64,000 nt of DNA from Bryobacterales bacterium (GCA_963422375.2 OY729427.2:1120001-1184000), one strand, 5' to 3'. Shown: positions 43,235 to 54,510, numbered from the stretch's first letter. A program made the numbers and translations. The notes: generated by a model from the sequence alone, not told the origin.

Positions 43235-43775
43235 AGCGGCTACCAAGGTACCGACCAAGCTCGGACTCGGTCAAACCGCTTGCCCCTCGAGGAGGAGGGC
43301 GCCGCCCGGCCGCCGTCGCAGCCCTTGACCAATACGTCTGGCAAGACAGCTGGCGGGCCTGCCAACTTGGCCGCCAGTGTCGCGCGGACGCGAGCGCCAG
43401 CCCCGGTCCGACATTGGCGATTTCGGAACGATTGCACATCGATTGACCAGCCCTCCCGGAAGCCGTTGGTCCTGCGCCCAAAGACTCCGAAGGTGTTGCT
43501 CGCGGGCGCCACGGCCGCCGCACCGTCGCCCGATGGCGATTGAGCGACGGAGCTACGTCCCGATCTCAGGTAGCGCATTGAGTCCCTCGCCGTGTAGAAA
43601 TCGCCCTCTGGGCGGTCTGAGTCGCCGCCTCAGCAGCACCGGCCTGCGGTGTCGGATCCCGCCGACTCGGGTCCCTCCAACCTGCACACTCCGCCCCTCC
43701 GTCACGGGTCAGCGTTCGATTCCCACCTGTTGGAAAAGATCCACATTCTCCGGCCGTGTGGCACCTACCTTCGTT

Positions 43776-44642
43776 CTAGTGAGACGTGCGTTTCTTGTCG
43801 TGATAATTCCAAGTCTCGACGATAAACTTGATGAGAGTGAGCGAGGCCTCAGCGGCGAGGCGGGCATGCCTAGCTTGCAGACGGTACGGATGCCGGCCTC
43901 GACCGTGGGCTGAACCGGCGTGCGAGCGAAGCGAGGCTATTCCGTCTACCACTGACCGCAAGCCCTGAAGTGCCTTCTTTACGTCAATGTCCGCTTTTTC
44001 GGCAGGATCTAGCTTAAGGTGATCCATGACGACCTTAAGGAGTGATTTCATAGTCGGCTGACTCGGCACTTGAAGACCCTCTTCCTCAACGTAAGCCTTA
44101 AGAAAAGACTCAAGATCGGCGCGTGCCGCGGTCACTGCAACTGGAGAATCGGTCACTACATTGCGGACAATTCTACGTATTTCATCATTGAATTCTGCAA
44201 GGTCTCGGTCATTGAGGAATCCAATTAACGATTCTGATTCAATCAAATATCCGTCGTCAATCCTTTGGAGAGCGTCCTCGAATTCTGGAACAATGGCATG
44301 AATTCTCGCTTGCACATCGGATACAGATTCGAAATTATTCACATCTATCTGAATTGACTCCAGTTTCATGTAAGTGGATCTTGACACGATATGTCGGACG
44401 ACCATCTTTAGACTATTTAGGTTGTCCCGAACTTTGAATGCCAACGGATAATGGTCATGATGATCTTTACCCAATACTTGAGAATTAGTCTCTCTAATTG
44501 TGGCTATAAGATCGGTCAGACTTTCCTTCCGTGCCTCCCCAAATCCCCACATTTCCTGAGTTTGCATCGCCTCTACTTTCAATTCTGTGGCATGTACTCC
44601 TCTGAGCGTTGGCACTTCAACGTTCGGGATCCACATAGCCAT
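43776..44642 (-). CDS. Abortive infection family protein (C-terminal Abi_C-like domain)
   Basis: AVTAARADLESFLK..LQGLRSVVDGIASLRSHAGSAHGRG..ARHARLA. Clearly more AT-rich than its flanks. Confidence 0.8.
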   Translation of the reverse strand: MAMWIPNVEVPTLRGVHATELKVEAMQTQEMWGFGEARKESLTDLIATIRETNSQVLGKDHHDHYPLAFKVRDNLNSLKMVVRHIVSRSTYMKLESIQIDVNNFESVSDVQARIHAIVPEFEDALQRIDDGYLIESESLIGFLNDRDLAEFNDEIRRIVRNVVTDSPVAVTAARADLESFLKAYVEEEGLQVPSQPTMKSLLKVVMDHLKLDPAEKADIDVKKALQGLRSVVDGIASLRSHAGSAHGRGRHPYRLQARHARLAAEASLTLIKFIVETWNYHDKKRTSH

Positions 44643-45148
44643 TGTGCCCTCATCGCTGAAATGTCGGCCAGTCCGCGGAGGACCGCGATGGTTCAATGGA
44701 GGACAGTCGCGACGGTGGACGCTCCTGTCTAGGTCAATCCTAGCCTGGCACGGACCGCAGCGAGGCATGGCCGTGCGCTCAACTTTCAAACACCCGAATC
44801 CGACACCGAGTCTGAGGTCTCCTCCAGATACCCTTACAGCACATCTTGATCTTACTACACTTCGAGACGTGTGCTCGGACGCCTCGCGACTTCAGTCGAG
44901 TACTCCCTCGCTACGGCAGAAGTAGCAGAGTCCGCATCGTCCCATGGGGTCGCTGTGTCCTCGTGGTTGGGGACCACACACGGTCAACCAAGCTACTCTT
45001 GATTGCGCTCGACTTGGTGCTATACAGCCGCTCAAGAAGTCCGCTGGGTCCTTGGCCCGGTCACGCTCTCGCGTGGCAGTACCAAGCAAGAACAGGACGC
45101 CGGAGTCGGGTTCAAACCCTCACGTGGGATCGAGAACCAATCCCTCCT

Positions 45149-46420
45149 CTAAGGAAACGCCGCAACGGACGTCTCGCTGCTTGACGGGAGCATCGAGGAC
45201 AGACCGAGCAGGACTGAGAGCGCGATCAGAATCACGACCGCGGCCCAAGCGACCAAGTTGGATAGCGGCCCGTTCGTCCATTCGTGCATCAGGTCGCGAC
45301 GGTTGACCAGCTTCACGATGAAGATCATCACGACCGGGAGCAGGATCCCGTTCAGGACCTGCGAAAACAAGATCATGGGAACGATCGGGAAGCCTGGCAC
45401 TAACACCACCCCGGCACCGAGCGCGATCAGCAGCGTGTACATCCAGTAGAACGTGGGCGCCTCGTCGAAATCGTGATCAACTCCGGATTCCAAGCCGAGC
45501 CCCTCGCAGACGGTGTATGCGGTCGACAGGGGCAGGATGCTCGAGGCGAAGAGGGACGAGCAGAGCAGCCCACCTGCGAAGAGCGCGTAGGCGAACGACC
45601 CGAGCGGAAGCAGGGCCTGAGCGGCCTCGGCAGCGCTGCGAATAGGCCGCGGTCCTTGCTCCCAGATGGCACTGGCACAGGCCACGATGATGAAGAACGC
45701 GACCAGCGCCATCATGATGCAGCCGACCACGACCTCGACGCGGGTATCGCGGTACTGCTTGCTGTCGATGCCCTTCTCGACGACCGCCGCCTGCAGGTAG
45801 AACTGCATCCAAGGCGCGACCGAAGTTCCGACCATGCCGACGATGACCACGATGTAGCTGCGGTCCGCCGAAAGCACGGGCCGGACGGCGCTGTGCAAGG
45901 CCGAAGCCCAATCCGGCTCGGCCAGCACGGCCGAGACCACGTAGGCCGCATAGAACGCGCTTGCGGCCAGAAAGACCTTCTCCACACTCTGGTAGGTGCC
46001 CTTCACAACCAGCAGCCATACGAGCAAGGCCCCTAGCGGCACCGACACGTAGCGGCTGACCGGCAGGAGTTCCATGGCTCCGGCGATGCCCGCGAAGTTG
46101 GCGGCGACGTTGGTGAAGTTGACGACCAGCAGCAGGCCCATCACGAGGACGGTGGTGCGCAAGCCGAATTCCTCGCGGATCAGGTCCGACAGCCCCTTGC
46201 CGGTGACCGCGCCCATGCGCGAGCACATCTCCTGGGTGACAACCAGCAGGAGGGTGATCGGCAGGAGCGTCCAGAGCGTGCCGTAGCCCCAGCGGGCGCC
46301 AGCGTCCGAGTAGGTGAAGATTCCGCCGGCGTCGTTGTCGACCATGGCGGTGACGAATCCCGGGCCGAGAACGGCGAGAAAACCGAGCGCGCGGCCGCGC
46401 AGACGCCGCAGCAGGGCCAT
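45149..46420 (-). CDS. NRAMP-family divalent metal transporter (NRMT-like)
   Basis: Motifs LGPG..DNDAGG..TYS, QEMCSRMG and GTSVAPWMQFY. About 11 hydrophobic segments. Confidence 0.9.
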   Translation of the reverse strand: MALLRRLRGRALGFLAVLGPGFVTAMVDNDAGGIFTYSDAGARWGYGTLWTLLPITLLLVVTQEMCSRMGAVTGKGLSDLIREEFGLRTTVLVMGLLLVVNFTNVAANFAGIAGAMELLPVSRYVSVPLGALLVWLLVVKGTYQSVEKVFLAASAFYAAYVVSAVLAEPDWASALHSAVRPVLSADRSYIVVIVGMVGTSVAPWMQFYLQAAVVEKGIDSKQYRDTRVEVVVGCIMMALVAFFIIVACASAIWEQGPRPIRSAAEAAQALLPLGSFAYALFAGGLLCSSLFASSILPLSTAYTVCEGLGLESGVDHDFDEAPTFYWMYTLLIALGAGVVLVPGFPIVPMILFSQVLNGILLPVVMIFIVKLVNRRDLMHEWTNGPLSNLVAWAAVVILIALSVLLGLSSMLPSSSETSVAAFP

Positions 46421-47692
46421 CTACAGGCCCCGTTCGATTTCGGGTAGCAGGAATCCGATCACGTCGTCGGCCGTGACCGCGCCTTGCAGGCGGCCCTGCC
46501 CGTCCACGACCGGCAGGGCGTAGAGGTTGTACTTGTCGAACAGCTCCACCACGTCGTTGACCTTGGCGTCCGTCCCTACCATGTGGGTCTGGCGGTAGGC
46601 CAAGGATTTCGCCAAGGCGTCAGGCGGTGCGACCGCCAGGCGCGCCAAGGGCACCGTGCCTTCGAGGCGTCCGTGGCCGTCCAAGAGAAACAGGCACGTG
46701 AGCCGTTTCAGGAGCGGCTCCGCCGAGCGCAGCCCGTCCACCACCTCGGCAACCGTGGCGCCCGCGGGCTGGGAGAGATATCGCGTCTCCATCATTCCCG
46801 CTGCCGTGTCGTCCTCGTACTCGAGCAGTTCGGAGACCTCGTCGGCCGGCCGAGGTTCCATATCGCGGACGATTTCCTGGCGCGAGTTCTCGTCGAGGTG
46901 CGCGAGCGCCCCCGCCGCCTCGCCGGGATCCATCTCCTCGAGGATGTCGGCTGCGCGCTCGGGTTCGAGCGAGTGAAGGATGGACGTCTTGAGGATGGGC
47001 TTGACTTCCTCCAAGGTGTCGGCGGCAATCCCCTCGCCCAGCGTCTCGAACAGGGCCTCGCGTTCGTCCGCGCCGAGATCCTCCACGATGTCGGCTAGGT
47101 CCGCGGGATGAATCCCTTCCAGCCGCTCGTGCGATATCAGCAGCCGCAAGCGCCGCTGCGGATCGGGCTCGACGATGTTGCAGGCCTCCCAAGGGATCGA
47201 GTTGGGCTGCATCCGCTCCTGGATGTCGCGGATGATGCGGTTGGGCAGAATGCCCTCGGTCAGGCGCCGGAAGGCGCCTTGCAGGCCAACGCCGACCTCG
47301 TGGACCCACAGCTGCTCGTTGCCGTTCCGTGCGACGCGCAGGGCGATGTCGTTGACGCGCACCACCTTGCGTCCGTTGACATCGATGACTTGCTGGTCGA
47401 GGAGATCCTTGGTGAGCAGGAGATGGTAGTCGTCGCCGTAGTAGGGGGCAAAGCGCTCGTCGGACAGCACGATGCCGTCCGCGTCGAACGCCGCCACTTG
47501 GTTCCAGCGAACGGCGAACCGGGTGCGACCGGAGCCGAACAGATAGGTAGCTACGCGCCTAGGGTGCTCCCTAGGCGCGATGGCGGCTTCGCGCACGCGG
47601 CCGATCCGCGTGCCCTGCGGGCCGATCAAGCGCATGCCGGTCAACTCGGTGAGATAGACCAGCCGCGCGGACTCTGTCCGAATCCTCTCCAT
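46421..47692 (-). CDS. Soluble PRC-barrel / MgtE-N / CBS-pair protein
   Basis: Motifs DLLDQQVIDVNGRKVVRVND, HPADLADIVEDL, DTAAGMM and LPVVD..GAVTADD. No membrane domain. Confidence 0.88.
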   Translation of the reverse strand: MERIRTESARLVYLTELTGMRLIGPQGTRIGRVREAAIAPREHPRRVATYLFGSGRTRFAVRWNQVAAFDADGIVLSDERFAPYYGDDYHLLLTKDLLDQQVIDVNGRKVVRVNDIALRVARNGNEQLWVHEVGVGLQGAFRRLTEGILPNRIIRDIQERMQPNSIPWEACNIVEPDPQRRLRLLISHERLEGIHPADLADIVEDLGADEREALFETLGEGIAADTLEEVKPILKTSILHSLEPERAADILEEMDPGEAAGALAHLDENSRQEIVRDMEPRPADEVSELLEYEDDTAAGMMETRYLSQPAGATVAEVVDGLRSAEPLLKRLTCLFLLDGHGRLEGTVPLARLAVAPPDALAKSLAYRQTHMVGTDAKVNDVVELFDKYNLYALPVVDGQGRLQGAVTADDVIGFLLPEIERGL

Positions 47693-47775
47693 GGCCGAAC
47701 GGACGCACTGGGATCGGCGCCGCGACGGCACCAATCCGGCACAGCATCGCGCTGTCGCCGCGACTTCCGGGGTCG

Positions 47776-49101
47776 TCAAGCATCGTTGACGCGCACATCT
47801 CCCTTGCTTTCATGATGCCCCAGAGGTCGGACCGGCGCAAGGGGAGCCGGAACGGCACCGTCCCAGCCGGCCTCGATGCGCAGGAGGCGGTTGTACTTGG
47901 CGAGCCGCTCCGAGCGCGTCACCGAGCCTACCTTGATGCGCCCTGCCCCGGTGGCCACCGCCAGATCGGCGAGGAAGCTGTCCTCGGTCTCGCCGGAGCG
48001 GGCCGAAATCACCGCCCCGAAGCCGACCTCCTCGGCCCGGTCGACGACCTGCATGGTCTCGGTCAGCGTCCCGACCTGGTTCATCTTGACGAGAACCGCG
48101 GTGGCCGCCCGCTCGGCAACCGCCCGTTCGAGGCGGGCGGGACTCGTGACCAACAGGTCGTCTCCGATCAGTTCGCAGCGCCCGCCAAGCTCGCGGCAGG
48201 CCCGGCGCCAGCCCGCCCAGTCGTCCTCGGCAAGAGGATCCTCCAGCGAGGCCAAGGGATACGCAGCGGTCCACTCGGAGTACATCGCGACCAAGCCGGC
48301 CGCGTCGAGCGACCGCCCCTCGCTAGCTAGGCGATACTCCCCCGCGCGGTGAAAGTGCGACGCGGCGACATCGACCGCGATCGAAACCTGGGCTCCCGGC
48401 TCGAGTCCGGCGGCCTCAATAGCGCGCACCATGTAGTCGAGCGCCTGCCGGTTTGAGTCCAGGCGCGGCCCCCAGCCGCCCTCGTCGGCGACACCGGCAG
48501 GCCTGAGGCCGTCGGCCTCGAGCAGCGCACCCATGCGTCGATGGATTCTGGCCGCCGCCTCGAGCGCATCCGCGAACGTGCGGCAGCCGTGCGGAACCGC
48601 GAGGAAGTCTTGGAACTCGATCTGGCACCCCGCGTGCAGCCCGCCCGAGAGGATGTTGACCATCGGCAGGGGCATCTTGGCCTGGCGCCCGGCCGCCAGA
48701 GACTGCCAAAGAGGCAGCCGGCGAGACTTGGCGCAAGCGCGCGCTAGGGCGCAGGAGACCGCTAGGATCGCGTTGGCCCCTAGGCGGGACTTGTCCGGCG
48801 TGCCGTCGAGGTCCGCCATGATCCGGTCCGCCCCGGCTTGGTCGCCCGCCGGATGCCCGCGCAAGGCATCCGCCAGCGGCCCGTTAACGCTGGCAGCGGC
48901 AGCGCCCACGGCACGTCCGCCGTAGGCTCCGCCGGGACCGTCGCGCAGCTCCAGCGCCTCGTGGCGGCCGGTAGAGGCACCGGAAGGAACCTGGGCTGTA
49001 GCGGTTGTCCCGTCTGCCAGGCGTACGCGAGCTTCCAGGGTGGGACTGCCACGGGAATCGAGAATCTGGATCGCCCGCACGTCCGCGATGCGCGCCGCCA
49101 T
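47776..49101 (-). CDS. eno: Enolase (divergent active-site variant)
   Basis: Motifs ILDSRG.PT, VPSGASTG, GANAIL, DEGG, GDDL, KMNQVGT and SARSGETED. Confidence 0.88.
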   Translation of the reverse strand: MAARIADVRAIQILDSRGSPTLEARVRLADGTTATAQVPSGASTGRHEALELRDGPGGAYGGRAVGAAAASVNGPLADALRGHPAGDQAGADRIMADLDGTPDKSRLGANAILAVSCALARACAKSRRLPLWQSLAAGRQAKMPLPMVNILSGGLHAGCQIEFQDFLAVPHGCRTFADALEAAARIHRRMGALLEADGLRPAGVADEGGWGPRLDSNRQALDYMVRAIEAAGLEPGAQVSIAVDVAASHFHRAGEYRLASEGRSLDAAGLVAMYSEWTAAYPLASLEDPLAEDDWAGWRRACRELGGRCELIGDDLLVTSPARLERAVAERAATAVLVKMNQVGTLTETMQVVDRAEEVGFGAVISARSGETEDSFLADLAVATGAGRIKVGSVTRSERLAKYNRLLRIEAGWDGAVPAPLAPVRPLGHHESKGDVRVNDA

Positions 49102-49393
49102 GGCCCAAGGCTAGCAAGGGCTCCGAGGGCGCGGAACGGGTGCTCCGGCCATTCGACCTGGCGCAGTTGCGACGGTCGGATGCGCAGTCGAATCCCCGGA
49201 TTGCGAAACGAACTCAGGTTTCCGCGCACGGACTGCGTGTATCTGTCTGCGAATCGCGGTTAATTCCACCCATTGAGTGATTGGGGACAGCCAACGGGGG
49301 CAGTTGGATTACGCGCAGATCCCTACGCAACCAACCGTCTGCACTCGGTTGAGCTGATCAAGCGGCGCTGGGACCCTAATCCCCATTCGGAAA

Positions 49394-50929
49394 GGGAATT
49401 ATATATCTGAGTGCCGAGGGAACCAATTCGGCAAATTATCATGCCATTAGATATGTTCCTGTTTCTTCCGGAGTTCCGTTGACATTCGGTGGTTTTTCTT
49501 GGTAGAATAGTTCCAGCATAGGATACCGTTAATGAAGAATCAATATCCCGGAAAGTGGTTTCGTATAGGCATCACATTGATCGAAGTGATCGCCATGTTC
49601 CCCGATGACGAATCCGCGGAAAGATGGTTCGCTGCCATGCGCTGGCCGGACGGCCCCGCGTGCCCCCACTGCCGCGGCTCCAGCGTGCAGTCCGACGCGG
49701 CCCACCCTTCGATGCCGTACCGTTGCCGCGGCTGCGGCAAGCGCTTTTCGGTGCGCACCGGCAGCGCGATGGCCGACACCAAGCTCGGCTACCGCACCCG
49801 GGCCGTCGCCCTGTTCCTGCTGACCACCGGCATCAAGGGCGTCTCGAGCATGAAGCTGCACCGCGACCTGGGCGTCAGCCGGAAGTCGGCCTGGCACCTG
49901 GCGCACCGCATCCGCGCGTGCTGGGAGCGCGATCAGGGCCTGTTCGCCGGCCCGGTGGAGGTGGACGAAACCTACGTCGGCGGCAAGGAACGCAACAAGC
50001 ACGAGAGGAAGAAGGCCCGCGCCGGGCGCGGGCCCGTCGGCAAGACCCCGGTGGCGGGGGCGCGGGACCGCGCCACGAACGCAGTGGCCGCGCGGCCGCT
50101 GCCGGGCACCGCCAAGGGCGACCTGCAGGGCTTCGCGCGCGCCCGCGTCGCGCCGGGGGCGCAGGTCCGCTCCGACGAGGCGGCGGCCTGCGCCGGCATG
50201 GCGGAGTTCCCGCACGAAGCCGTCAGGCACTCCGGCGGCGAGTACGTGCGCGGGGCGGCGCATGCGAACGGCATCGAATCGTTTGGGTCCCTGTTCAAGC
50301 GCGGCCTGTACGGAACCTATCACCGGATGAGCGTCCGTCATCTCGGCCGCTACCTCACGGAGTTCGCGGGACGGCGCAACGACCGCGACTGCGACACGGC
50401 GGAACAACGGCGGAACGGATGCGGCGCATGGCGCGGGGCTTGGTCGGCCGGACGCTGACCTACCGGCAGCTGACCGGCAAGGCCGCGGTCGCGGCCTGAG
50501 CGGCGCCCGCCGCGCTGAGCGCGGCAGCCCGCTGCGGGCGCGCTCTTCACGCTCGGTGCGCTCGGTGCGCTTGACGCTCGGTACGAGGGGCACAGCGGAT
50601 CCGGAAGGCCCCGGTGCGCCCCCGGTCCGGCCCGGACCGTCCATGCAGGCCGTCGAGCGCCGGGGATCCGCTGTCTTCGGCCCTCGGAGGGCTGCAAGCG
50701 GCTTGCAAGGGGTGCCCTGCCACCGCCAACCGGGTTCCACCGGGGCATGCGAGGCGGCCTCTCTAGTCCCTTCCTCGTCCAATCCGCTGGCAGGCTCGAT
50801 TCAGATACGATCCCACCCCTCCGTGCCCGCCGCGGCCGCACTCGAATGACCCGAGCTCGACACCGACCTCCCTGCTCACAGCAGTTCTAGTCGGACATGG
50901 CGTTGTCGGCACTCAGATATATAATTCCC
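49394..50929 (+). mobile_element. IS1595-family element (copy E, same family as B/C), frameshifted
   Basis: Both TIRs present. Transposase 49532-50499 is broken by an 11-bp duplication at ~50396-50416. Flanks TTCGGAAA and TATCGTAT do not match. Confidence 0.93.
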
Positions 50930-51070
50930 TATCGTATTGGATCTCCATCCAAGAAAAGACTGAAATCACTGCCAAACTCTCTAGTCAGAATGCAGACGGT
51001 CCGAGAATCTCACTTAGAATCCATAAACGGCATTGAGAGTACCAACTATATACAGGGAACAGAATCAAAA

Positions 51071-51324
51071 TCACTTCTTACGATACACCTGTTTTCGATG
51101 GCAAACCTCGACAATGTCTATCGCCGAATCCTTGCGGACAAACAACACTCTGTAGTTTCCGACACGCGCGCTGTACGTATCGGTCCTTCCCTTCAGCTTC
51201 TTTGACTTACCAAGTACTAAGGTCCCATTTGCGATTTCCTTCTTGTTTTTTTGCGAACAGCCAAAGGATATATTCGCTCCAAATTCTTTCTTGCATTCTC
51301 GTGAATATTAATTGTGAAAGGCAC
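51071..51324 (-). pseudogene. RelE/ParE-family toxin, frameshifted in an A7 run
   Basis: MPFTINIHENARKNLER... then, with one added base, KSKKLKGRTDTYSARVGNYRVLF..IDIVEVCHRKQVYRKK*. Not in the ORF track. Confidence 0.75.
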
Positions 51325-51384
51325 TATCCCCATTCTTCCACCGATAGTATTCTCTGGACTTCCATCTGATCACGAATCATGACA

Positions 51385-52994
51385 CTAGGTGAGGACTCCA
51401 TTTCCTCTAACCTCTTTGAAATGATATGAGCATCCCAGGCATCCTCGTCCGTGTAGGGCGTAAACGGAAAGACGATTATGTCCTCTTATTTCCCAGTAGA
51501 GAGCTGCTTCATCGGCTTTCATGCGCCATTTCTGAGCTTCTTCTGAGTCTCTTCTTACTCCTCGCCCAAAAGTGTACATTTCAGCGAGACGTCGTTGTGC
51601 CGGAGGATACTCTTGATCGGCAGCTAACCGATACCACCTTACGGCTTCGACCGCATCAGATTTGACGCCCCGGCCCGAATCGTACAGTCTGCCTAGGCCG
51701 GCCTGTGCCTCAGCAAGACAGTCCGAAGCGGCAAGTCGGTACCACTTAAATGCTTGCTTTTCGTCCTGCTTGACTCCACGCCCTTCATCATACATGAAAC
51801 CGAGATTGTATTGCGCGTATGCATTATTCTGTCGTGCCGACAACTCAAACCACTTCGCACTCTTGGCTTGATTCTTAATGACACCGCGGCCAAGAAAGAA
51901 CATCCATCCCAATCGAAACTGTGCCATCGCATATGTCCCTGCTTAGCAGCCAATTGAATAAGTCGGAGAGACTCACTGCCATCTTTCGCCACACCTAGGC
52001 CTTCAGCATACATGAGCCCCAAGTTGTTCTGGGCTTCGGCGTGTCGATTATCGGCAGCCAAGCGATACCACTTCGCCGCTTCGGCCTCGTCTGGCTCCAT
52101 CCCGTCACCATCAAAGAGCATACGACCGAATCTGAATTGTGCCTCCGCGTTGTTCTGCTTGGCGGCCATCCGAAACCATTTGGCTGCCTCGGCAAAGTCC
52201 AGTTTCACACCCGCTCCTTCAGAGTACTGAAGTCCAAGAAACAACTGAGCATCAGAGTTGCCTTCATTGGCAGATGAGCGAATCCATTTTCCAGCTTCCA
52301 CATAGTCCTGTCTCACTCCTTTTCCGAGGAACAACAAGCCGCCAACGAGGAACATTGCACTTGAAAGACCGAGATTAGCTGCGCGCTCATACCAAGACAT
52401 AGCCATCCCTATATCCTGCGGGACGCCCCACCCATTGTAGTACAACCGTGCAAGATTCGACTGCGCATCGGCATCATCTTGGTCGGCAGCGAGACGAAAC
52501 CACTTCGCGGCTGCCTTGTAGTTCTGATCGGTGCGCTTGGCCTTGGCATAAGTCACGCCAAGTAGATTCTGAGCCGCGCTGTCGCCAGTGCTAGCTGCTT
52601 TTTTGTACCAGCGCTTGGCATTCTTGAGACTCCGGGCTACACCGTACCCATTCTCGTACATGTACCCCAAGAGGACTTGGGCCTTTGTATGGCCCTGTAC
52701 GGCGGCCCTCTTGAATCGTCTGGCAGCTTCCGTGGAGCCTTGGTCCAGTCCCTCACCAAAGTGATGAATGACACCGAGCCTAAAGTGACCTTCAGCATCG
52801 GTTGCGCCATCCATCGTCTGGACAGAAGAACTGTTAGGTGACGATGCCATGTTGGGCGGCGAGGCCATGAATTTGCCCCTATCATCCGCACTTAGGGTGC
52901 CGCCGCTCCCAGACAGTCCCGCGAAACGGACCTGCGTGCTAGCCTGCTCAATGACCCTCTGAAGATTGCCAGACATCCTAGGCTTCCTCGTCAC
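51385..52994 (-). pseudogene. SEL1-like repeat protein (~10 repeats), frameshifted near 51930
   Basis: Repeats AQ.NLG.MY..G.GV..D..EA.KW(Y/F)R.AA.QG continue across two frames. AT-richer than the backbone. Confidence 0.88.
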
Positions 52995-54279
52995 TCCTCC
53001 AATCCCGTCAATACGATCTGTATCAGTATACCATCAGAGCTGCTTGACACGCCTGTCGTCGGTGCAAGCGCAGGGGCGCTTCCTATCGAACCCGTACCGA
53101 GGCCTCAAGGAACGCCAAGCCTGATCTCAGAAAGGAAGTCGCAATCCGCGTCGAGGACGGATCAGCTCCCCTCGCAGTAGCCGCCGTGTTCAGCATTGGG
53201 GCTCACACAATCGAATCCAATGTGCCGCACTACGCCCGTCACGGCTTCAAGGTAACTGAGGGGCCGGAAGAGATGCGGCCGTCCCGCACCCAGAAGACGG
53301 AACTCCTCCATCCGGTCTACACCACCGTGACCGGAGCGGATCCGTTACGGCAGCGACTTGCGTTCCCGTACTGGACCGTTGGTGGATCAGGGTCGCCTGC
53401 GGGACTAGGACGGGACCAACCCGAGCCAAGTCCGGGGGCCACGCACGAAGAGCCGACGCACAGCCTTGCGAGATGGCCGAAGTGGTCGCAAGAAGCTGCG
53501 CGGGCACGAATCGCGGCAATGCCGCGCCTCCCGTGGGGGACTGAGCGCGACCAGGGAGCTAGGGCAAGTGTGGCCCGCGCCCCATCCCGGGCGACCGGAG
53601 CGGGGCCACGGTCAATGCCCCGCAATTCCGCCGCGGCAGCCCGCCGGTCCCGTCGGCGCCACCCAACTCCAATCTCACGAATGAGGTCCAACCGGCAGGA
53701 ATCCATCCTCAGTGGGATTCCGCGCCTAGCGAGGGCCCGAAATCGGGGCGCGACGGGCAAGCGACGGCAAGATTCAGACCCTTCGACGGGCGGATTCGTA
53801 CTTCACGGCCCGTCCCGCCGTCGAAGTCGCTCCCGACTGGTGAACGAACGCCCGGATTCGCGAATGATCCGGGCTAGTACCGTCCCCGCGTCCAAGCTCG
53901 CTACACCTTATCCCCATGTCGCACTTCGGAGTTGAATCGGCGTGAGAATTTGTGTCCGCGGCATCTGCAAGCACTGGCGGTGAGGCTAGGTGCCGGAAGA
54001 TCGGAAAGCACTGAAACCAGTCCGACCAAATCCTGGATCCTACTGGCGTGAAAGGGTTTTCGACGGCCCCAGTGGAAGCGTACAATTAGGATGCGAACGC
54101 AGAGATCGCGGGGGCACAGTGGAGTCTTTGCGGAGTCTGTTGCAGATCCGACACCATGCTGTTGTGCTGCGACGGGTGGCTGGATCCGACATGACTGGCG
54201 AGGTGACATGACTGGCGAGGTGTTGAGAAGCGACCAGGAGTGGCAGGCAGACGTAATCCAGGCCACGTCCGGGTGCAAC

Positions 54280-54510
54280 CGACTGTGCGGGCGTGTCTAC
54301 AAGAGCGACCGGATCTGGCTCGCGGACATTCCGTCGCTGGATGTGATGACTCAAGGGCTGACGAAGAGCGACGGATTCGTCATGATCAAGGACTTGCTCG
54401 AGACCTTGGTCAACAGGCCGGGCTTTTCGGTTGACGTGCATCCGAACGGGCTGGACGGTTTCGCGATTACCGCTAGCACGCACGGAAGCCGGACTTATTG
54501 CCCCGGCTGA
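54280..54510 (+). pseudogene. HicB-like antitoxin fragment
   Basis: GRVYKSDRIWLADIPSLDVMTQGLTKSDGFVMIKDLLETL fits the HicB pattern W.A.IP.L...TQG.T..EA..MIKD. Confidence 0.5.

Noticed and set aside
45107..45118. GGGTTCAAACCC T-loop-like motif as a tRNA or att remnant
   Set aside because: No acceptor, D or anticodon arm around it.
51320..51329. GGCACTATCC as the missing right TIR of IS1595-A
   Set aside because: Only the inner 10 bp match, the terminal ATAATTCCC is absent, and it overlaps the RelE start codon.
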